A stretch of DNA of 32,000 bases. It comes from Telmatocola sphagniphila (lineage in GTDB: Bacteria; Planctomycetota; Planctomycetia; Gemmatales; Gemmataceae). The first letter of the stretch is position 1. Each line of letters starts with the position of its first letter. This document shows, in pieces, positions 23,926 through 29,774 of this stretch. The notes under the pieces are model-generated. The model was not told the DNA's origin. It made no database searches and saw only the letters and a list, made by a program, of their open reading frames with translations. The position numbers were made by a program, and so were the translations under genes. Location of the stretch: positions 3,390,001-3,422,000 of the forward strand of contig NZ_CP074694.1 in assembly GCF_018398935.1 (NCBI RefSeq), given 5' to 3'.

Positions 23926-25788
23926 TTAAGGCCCACGCCACTCTAGTACCAGATGCGGGACAGGACTCGAAAGCCAGAGCCGGATGAAAGGTATGGGATC
24001 CTCCGCATCGAGTTGACGCTCGACTTCTCCGACCTGCGGCGAAAGCACCCAACCCTGCTGATAGTGCATGCTGAGAATCACTTCCCCGTCTTCCGGTTGA
24101 ACATCGGACAATTCGATTCGCTTCCAGGTCGCTTCGATTAGCTTACCTTTCCCCTTTAAAAAGAAATTATGCTCGCGATTCAAAGTAAAAATTTTGAAGG
24201 CCAGCTTGTCGGTGTTTTCTTCGCGGGCCGCCGGGTAGTTGCGAAATCGTTCAATACTTGCTTCGGTCCGCACGACCACTCGACCGACGTTGTAGCGATT
24301 GAAAAATTGATCCAGTTGTTGATCCGACCATAATCGAATGTCTTTTCCCGCGAGCCTTCCATCCAGCAGGCGAGCATAGAAATGCTCCATCCGACACTCC
24401 GGATCGAGCCCCCCCAGAAAAGCCTGACCCGTGAAGGGTGCCAGGAGGCTCGTCCAGCCATCCTCCTGAAGATTCACCAGAGAATCTTCCCACAACACCC
24501 GGGCCGTGGGCTTTTGAAATTGCAGCTTCTGAATGAGACTGATCTGCGATTCGCTGAAGCCCACTTTGAGCTTGGGCAGTGAATTCCAATTCATGGGAAT
24601 CTCAAGCACGAAGACGGTACCGGCGATCAGAATGGCCAACCAGGCGGCTCCTGCCCAGGCGGCATCCAATTTCCTGGAAAGCAGGCGCGATAACCCTTCG
24701 AGCATGTGCACGACCGGGAAGACGGCAAACCAGACCACCACATGGAGAAGTCGAAAAAGGTGAAGCTCTTCGAGCATCGGCCAGAAACGATGAAGGTGAC
24801 TGGCCGCACTGACGCAAACCGCCGTCAGGATCATGATGATGGAGGCGGAAGTGTGCCTGTACGCAAAAAAAGGAATGCCGATCAGTCCACCGATCGACAG
24901 CAGCAGCATCAAAGGGTCCCGGGGAACGAAGTCGCGCCAATCCTGCCAGAGATTTTTCCACCCGGCCGAGGTTAAGGGTTCGTCCATGATCGGGAGCATC
25001 AACCCCAGATAGTGGAGCCATTCGCGCAACCAGGGGGCGTTCACACCCAGAGCGAGTCCCCAGGCGAGATAGAGGGACAGGTGCCACATCGGGCTGTGTT
25101 TGAATGCGTTCCAAAGATAGTGGAGTGCAATAGGCGGAATGAATACCGCGAAGAACACCGGTTGAATGTACCAGGCGACACAGGCGGAAAAAGTGATGAT
25201 GCACCAACCCAGCAGACTCGGCTGGTGAGCATAACGAATCAGCCAGCAGCAATGAATGATCGCGCTGATTCCCCCTAGTAGTAAATCGAGTTCACCGGTA
25301 ATCAATTGCTCGGTATTGAGTTTCGACCACCAGAGAATCATGCCGAAAAAACCCGCCAGGAGCCAGGACACCGGCGAGAGTTCCAGGCCGCGTGCCATGG
25401 AAATAAAGAAGATCGGGATTAGCAGGCACGATATGAACAGACCCACTTTATAGGAAACGTAACTATGCTTTTGAGCGGGAAGGTAAAAAAGCTCGGCGGG
25501 TCGGCAACCGGAATCGAATACGGGAGATTTGGGATAGCCCGCCTGATAGGAAGGGTCGAAGCAGGAACTTACCTGATGCTCGAGCCAGGCCTGCGCCCCA
25601 AGTTGTCCATGATAACAGTGCAGCGCGTGCTTGCCGGACAAAATCGGCGTCGGTTCCAGCAGTTTCCGCGGGTCGTCCAGAAGATCGAAAAATCGCAAAG
25701 TCCAGAGCGCATTGCCAGCCAGCAGCGCAACAAAACAGAGCAACCAAAGAGCTATCGCCCAGAACGATCTTTTTTCTATTTCATCCAT
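23926..25788 (-). CDS. Polytopic integral membrane protein (~12 predicted TM segments) with a ~200-aa C-terminal soluble domain; GT-C-glycosyltransferase-like architecture; function unknown
   Basis: 620-aa ORF. It has many hydrophobic segments rich in W/L/F/A. The first extracytoplasmic loop carries conserved-looking polar residues (FDPSYQAGYPKSPVFD). The C-terminal 200 aa are hydrophilic. The architecture call is an impression only. Confidence 0.7.
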   Translation of the reverse strand: MDEIEKRSFWAIALWLLCFVALLAGNALWTLRFFDLLDDPRKLLEPTPILSGKHALHCYHGQLGAQAWLEHQVSSCFDPSYQAGYPKSPVFDSGCRPAELFYLPAQKHSYVSYKVGLFISCLLIPIFFISMARGLELSPVSWLLAGFFGMILWWSKLNTEQLITGELDLLLGGISAIIHCCWLIRYAHQPSLLGWCIITFSACVAWYIQPVFFAVFIPPIALHYLWNAFKHSPMWHLSLYLAWGLALGVNAPWLREWLHYLGLMLPIMDEPLTSAGWKNLWQDWRDFVPRDPLMLLLSIGGLIGIPFFAYRHTSASIIMILTAVCVSAASHLHRFWPMLEELHLFRLLHVVVWFAVFPVVHMLEGLSRLLSRKLDAAWAGAAWLAILIAGTVFVLEIPMNWNSLPKLKVGFSESQISLIQKLQFQKPTARVLWEDSLVNLQEDGWTSLLAPFTGQAFLGGLDPECRMEHFYARLLDGRLAGKDIRLWSDQQLDQFFNRYNVGRVVVRTEASIERFRNYPAAREENTDKLAFKIFTLNREHNFFLKGKGKLIEATWKRIELSDVQPEDGEVILSMHYQQGWVLSPQVGEVERQLDAEDPIPFIRLWLSSPVPHLVLEWRGP

Positions 25789-25969
25789 ATCGAGTGTAAA
25801 AATGCCGCCCGGGTGTCAAAACCAATTGCCTATCAGCGGGAGGGATACACCTTCGAGAGAAAATACGCAAGTCGGACCGATTTTTCTAACTCTTGCGTTT
25901 GAGGGTTGGGCCGTGATAAAATAAGAAAACTTTGTCGGGACTGCAAAGTACAGGGACAGAGCTGTTAAG

Positions 25970-25992
25970 CCAGGCAAAATTGAACTGCCTGG
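25970..25992. promoter_or_regulatory. Inverted repeat CCAGGCA-N9-TGCCTGG, 47 nt upstream of the first mcsA-like gene
   Basis: Read directly in the 250-bp divergent intergenic region. It could be an operator or a 5'-UTR hairpin. Confidence 0.3.
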
Positions 25993-26038
25993 AAGAATCT
26001 CGCAGCTGGGTGATTCCGCCGATCGGATAGGTTAATTC

Positions 26039-26521
26039 ATGAAATGCCAAATGTGCGTTAAAACGGCATCTCTGCACATCACGGAGATCCTCGAAAATAA
26101 AAGTTACAAAGTTTTCAACCTTTGCGAGGATTGTGCCCAGCAGTTCTTTCAAAACCCCGGCAAGAAAACTCTTTCTGCGGATCCGGAAGATCTGAACGAA
26201 GCCGAACTCGACGAAGCCCTGCTGATAAATCAGCGACAGTGCGAGGTCTGCGGTATTAAGTTCGTCGAATTCCGCAACACCGGACGACTCGGGTGCCCGC
26301 ACGACTACGAGGCCTTTCGAACTGAGTTATTACCCCTGCTGGAAAGCATTCACGGCAAGAACCGGCACTCGGGAAAAACACCGCGGCGTCTGCCGACTTT
26401 AAAGGACGCCCAGCAGGAACTGAGTAAATTGCGCAAACAGCTTCATCGGGCAATTGAGGAGGAAGCCTACGAGGAGGCGGCGGGGCTGCGGGATCGAATC
26501 AAAGAGTTGGAAAATACCTGA
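26039..26521 (+). CDS. mcsA: McsA-like protein (UvrB/UvrC-motif protein, putative activator of protein arginine kinase), paralogue 1
   Basis: MKCQMCVKTASLHITEI...LCEDCAQ (first zinc finger). CEVCGIKFVEFRNTGRLGCPHDYEAF (second finger). SIHGKNRHSGKTP. The UVR motif is EEEAYEEAAGLRDRIKELE. It is co-linear with Bacillus McsA as recalled. Confidence 0.8.
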   Translation: MKCQMCVKTASLHITEILENKSYKVFNLCEDCAQQFFQNPGKKTLSADPEDLNEAELDEALLINQRQCEVCGIKFVEFRNTGRLGCPHDYEAFRTELLPLLESIHGKNRHSGKTPRRLPTLKDAQQELSKLRKQLHRAIEEEAYEEAAGLRDRIKELENT

Positions 26522-26614
26522 AAGATTTTCTGGAGAGCGTCCTTCCGACCGATATAGTGTTATTGTACGATGAGCAAGGAATCGCTGTCGAAATTCGGTG
26601 TGAGGCCGTTGGCC

Positions 26615-27112
26615 ATGAAATGCCAGTTCTGTTCGAACCCAGCGACGATGCACCTGACGACGATTATCAACAGGAAGAAACGCGAAACGCACGTTTGCGA
26701 TGCCTGTGCCGAAGAACGTAATATTCTTCCGGGCAAAAGTTCTGAAATGCCCATCAATGCCCTGCTGCAGTTTGTGCTCGGTTCGAACCCGGGAATTGAG
26801 AAGGAATCGGACGAAACAGCTTGCCCCGAATGCGGTCTTAAGTATGCGCAATTTCGGAGTGAAGGTCGCCTGGGTTGCCCGCATGACTACGAGGTCTTCA
26901 AAGAACGCCTGGAACCACTGCTGCTGAAGATTCACCGGTCCCAGAATCATGTGGGTAAAGTCCCTGCCAGCCTTCATTCCGCACGCCAGGCGCAGGAGAT
27001 GCAAAACTTTCGAAATCAGTTACTAGAGGCGGTGACGCGGGAAAATTACGAGGAGGCCGCGAGACTTCGCGATCTTATCCGCAGTAAGGAACAGCTGGAT
27101 GAAACTCGATAG
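26615..27112 (+). CDS. mcsA: McsA-like protein, paralogue 2
   Basis: MKCQFCSNPATMHLTTI...VCDACAE; CPECGLKYAQFRSEGRLGCPHDYEVF; KIHRSQNHVGKVP; UVR motif RENYEEAARLRDLIRSKEQ. The start is 26615 (MKCQFC, parallel to paralogue 1) or 26570 (track). The 3' end overlaps mcsB by 14 nt. Confidence 0.8.
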   Translation: MKCQFCSNPATMHLTTIINRKKRETHVCDACAEERNILPGKSSEMPINALLQFVLGSNPGIEKESDETACPECGLKYAQFRSEGRLGCPHDYEVFKERLEPLLLKIHRSQNHVGKVPASLHSARQAQEMQNFRNQLLEAVTRENYEEAARLRDLIRSKEQLDETR

Positions 27113-28169
27113 CATGCTGCCGCAGTTGGGGGAATGGCTCCGCGGAACGGGTCCAGAGTCCGATATTGTAATTTCGACCCGGATTCGACTGGCTCGCAAT
27201 CTGGCCGATATGCCATTTACGAACCGGGCCGCTGGTATCCAAAAGGCCGAAGTGGAGAGCAAACTCCGCGAAACGATTGCTAAATTGAACTGGCATAGCC
27301 CCCTGCACTACATCGGCATGCAGGATTTGAACGCTCTGAATCGACAGTTTCTAGTCGAACGGCAGCTCATAAGCCGGGAAATGGCCAACGTTCTGGAAGG
27401 GCCACGCGGCGTCGCCTTCGACGATACGGAATCGGTCAGCCTGATGGTCAACGAGGAAGATCAACTGCGGATGCAGGTCATGCGCAGCGGTTTCGCTCTC
27501 GATCAGGCCTGGGAAACCATTGACCGTATCGACGACATGATCGAACAAAAGGTGCAATATGCCTTTCACGATCAGTTTGGCTACCTGACCGCTTGCCCGA
27601 CCAACGTGGGCACCGGCATGCGAGCCAGCGTCATGCTCCATCTGCCCGGGCTCGGATTGACCAAGCAAATCGAAAAAGCCTTCAAAGCCATGCAGAAAAT
27701 CAATCTGGTGGTGCGCGGCCTTTACGGCGAAGGGAGCCGGGCCTCGGGGGACTTTTTCCAGATATCCAATCAGATGACTCTGGGAAAAAGCGAACCGGAA
27801 GCCCTTAACGACATCCGCAGCCTCATTCATGATACGCTGAAATACGAGCGATTTGCTCGCTCGACCCTGCTTCGGGAAAATAAGCAGGCCCTGCAGGATC
27901 GCGTCGCCCGGGCCCTCGGCACGCTTCAATCGGCTACCATGATGACTTCCGAGGAGACCATGGAACTGCTCTCCGCCGTACGCCTCGGCGTGCACATGCA
28001 CCTGATTGAAGACTTGACGGCTCCCTTGATCAACGAGCTATTTCTTCAGACTCAACCCGCGCATCTGCAGAAAATCATCGGCGAAGCACTGGATGGCGAG
28101 GCACGCAATGCGGCCCGGGCGCGGTATCTCCGTCAGCGGTTGCGAGAGATATCTCCCCAGGCGAATTAA
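27099..28169 (+). CDS. mcsB: Protein arginine kinase McsB (ATP:guanido phosphotransferase family)
   Basis: 356-aa ORF, alignable end to end with recalled B. subtilis McsB: GPESDIVISTRIRLARN, SLMVNEEDQLRMQ, FGYLTACPTNVGTGMRASVMLHLPGL, LVVRGLYGEGS, FFQISNQMTLGKSE. An alternative in-frame ATG lies at 27114. Confidence 0.92.
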   Translation: MKLDSMLPQLGEWLRGTGPESDIVISTRIRLARNLADMPFTNRAAGIQKAEVESKLRETIAKLNWHSPLHYIGMQDLNALNRQFLVERQLISREMANVLEGPRGVAFDDTESVSLMVNEEDQLRMQVMRSGFALDQAWETIDRIDDMIEQKVQYAFHDQFGYLTACPTNVGTGMRASVMLHLPGLGLTKQIEKAFKAMQKINLVVRGLYGEGSRASGDFFQISNQMTLGKSEPEALNDIRSLIHDTLKYERFARSTLLRENKQALQDRVARALGTLQSATMMTSEETMELLSAVRLGVHMHLIEDLTAPLINELFLQTQPAHLQKIIGEALDGEARNAARARYLRQRLREISPQAN

Positions 28170-28189
28170 AAATCGGTCTTTTGTACATC

Positions 28190-28636
28190 ATGATTGAAAA
28201 TCCGAACGCATTTCCTCGTTGGAAGTCCACCACAAAGATTCTCTTCTGGTTGCTCTTTACAGCTTGGACCGCGGCACTTCTGGCCCCGGTTCCTCCTAAA
28301 ATCGTTCAGGAACTGGGCGATGAATGGTCGTTCAACATAGCCAAAACCCTGCACGTATCGATTTTTGCTATCGAGATGATCCTCGGTTTAAGCTTTCCGC
28401 GAAGCACCGCCGGGCGGTGGAAGATTGTCGGCCTTTTGTCGCTTCAGGGTATTCTGACCGAAGTTCTTCAGGCTCTGCTCGAACCCTACTGCCACCGCCA
28501 TGGTTGCTTCAGCGATGTCGTGAAAGACCATATCGGTCTGACTCTCGGACTGGGATTATTCTTCGGCTTCCAATATTGGTTCCAATCCCCGCGAAATACT
28601 TCAAGCGAGAAAATTTCCGACTCCGGTCCTGTATAA
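28190..28636 (+). CDS. VanZ-like small integral membrane protein
   Basis: About 148 aa with four hydrophobic segments. The pattern resembles VanZ family (K..H...F..........TE.LQ.......R.....D...(N/D)H.G...G). The ATG at 28190 (or TTG 28181 in the track) lies 20 nt after the mcsB stop. The family call is tentative. Confidence 0.5.
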   Translation: MIENPNAFPRWKSTTKILFWLLFTAWTAALLAPVPPKIVQELGDEWSFNIAKTLHVSIFAIEMILGLSFPRSTAGRWKIVGLLSLQGILTEVLQALLEPYCHRHGCFSDVVKDHIGLTLGLGLFFGFQYWFQSPRNTSSEKISDSGPV

Positions 28637-29241
28637 TGGATGAGAGGGTGAAAAAAATGAAACAGACAATTGCAACATCACGACGCTCGCTCATGGCGGC
28701 TATGGTCATGGGGGCCGCTCTGACCGGTTTTGCCCCAGGTTCCACAGCATCGGCCGCTACGAGCAGCGATACAATCCAAAATATCACTAAATACTGCCAG
28801 ACTTGCTGGCGAAACGCCCGGCTATCTCCGGACAGCTGGACCGATTGCACGCAGGAAGTTTTCGTCCGACTTCTCGAACGGGTCGATTCCGAAAAATGGA
28901 ATTCGCTTTTGAAAAACGACGAGAGCCTGGAACGCAAGGAATTCTTGAGGGCAATCGATGCCGTCAAGAAACGGACCAAGCGAGCCAAGCAGTATCACGA
29001 ACTGGTGAATGACCCATTCGATTCCCGGTCAAACGGTGATGCGCACCGGAACGATCTCAGCCAGATTCTCAGCGAGACCGGTTCGCAGATCCTCAGCCAG
29101 CGTCAGCAGCGAATTCTGCATTGCTTCCGGACTGGCTGGAGCGTGGATGAAATCGCCAAGGAACTCAACACCACCTCCGCACGGGTCAGCGACGAAAAAT
29201 ACAAGGCTATCCGCAAACTTCGCCAGCAACTGTCGGTCTAA
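28636..29241 (+). CDS. Sigma-70 family (ECF-like) sigma factor with an N-terminal twin-arginine-type signal/anchor sequence
   Basis: Region 2-like: SWTDCTQEVFVRLLERV ... FLRAIDAVKKRTKRAKQ. Region 4 HTH: LSQRQQRILHCFRTGWSVDEIAKELNTTSARVSDEKYKAIRKLRQQL. The start is either ATG 28636 (TAATG overlap with the upstream stop) or ATG 28657 (GAGAGGG 7 nt upstream). The 28324 track start overlaps the VanZ-like gene and is rejected. Confidence 0.7.
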   Translation: MDERVKKMKQTIATSRRSLMAAMVMGAALTGFAPGSTASAATSSDTIQNITKYCQTCWRNARLSPDSWTDCTQEVFVRLLERVDSEKWNSLLKNDESLERKEFLRAIDAVKKRTKRAKQYHELVNDPFDSRSNGDAHRNDLSQILSETGSQILSQRQQRILHCFRTGWSVDEIAKELNTTSARVSDEKYKAIRKLRQQLSV

Positions 29242-29269
29242 AGTAAAAAATCTCGCCCAAACCTTCCAT

Positions 29270-29296
29270 TGTTGGACATTTGTCCAACACATTTTT
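29270..29296 (+). terminator. Intrinsic terminator after the sigma-factor gene
   Basis: TGTTGGACA-TT-TGTCCAACA (8-9 bp perfect stem) followed by CATTTTT. It begins 29 nt after the stop codon. Confidence 0.6.
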
Positions 29297-29334
29297 CCCT
29301 ACCATCTTCTTAAGCTACCTGCCTTCTAAATTCT

Positions 29335-29362
29335 GGAACTCCGCCTGCGTATGGTCATCGTT
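29335..29362 (+). promoter_or_regulatory. Weak candidate ECF-type promoter (GGAAC-N19-CGTT) downstream of the sigma gene
   Basis: GGAAC lies at 29335-29339 and CGTT at 29359-29362. The 19-nt spacer is longer than the usual 16-17 nt, so this is only a pattern match. Confidence 0.15.
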
Positions 29363-29774
29363 CTCATATTTGAGCGATACCTCCACCCATTAGCTCTAGA
29401 GATCATAGAGTGGATCGGATTCTACTCAATGTGACAATTATGCGTTTTAGGGTAATGGCCTGAACCCGGTAAGTTGCGGTAGATTCGCAAGGATTTTGCT
29501 TTCGTTAAAGCTGCTAATTGGTACCATAGAATGAGTAAATTTTACCCCAAGACCTGGTGAGTACGCTCTCTGGGTCGTCGTAATTTTGTTCTGTCGTTGA
29601 TCGGGTACAGTCGATTAGTTAACCCCTATTTAACTTTCGATTCAGTCCCCCGGATTGCCATCTGAAAATAAGTGCGGCCACAGTGGCTTTGACTCGTCCC
29701 GAGTTGAGGTTGATCCAGGGCTGATTTATTTGGGCAGTTCTAAGTGCTAATTTTCATCCCGAGAGAAGCATCGA

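Noticed and set aside
28324-28635. 5' extension of the sigma-factor ORF
   Set aside because: It overlaps the VanZ-like gene in another frame and is Arg/Ser/Pro-rich. The starts at 28636 (TAATG coupling) or 28657 (GAGAGGG SD) are better supported.
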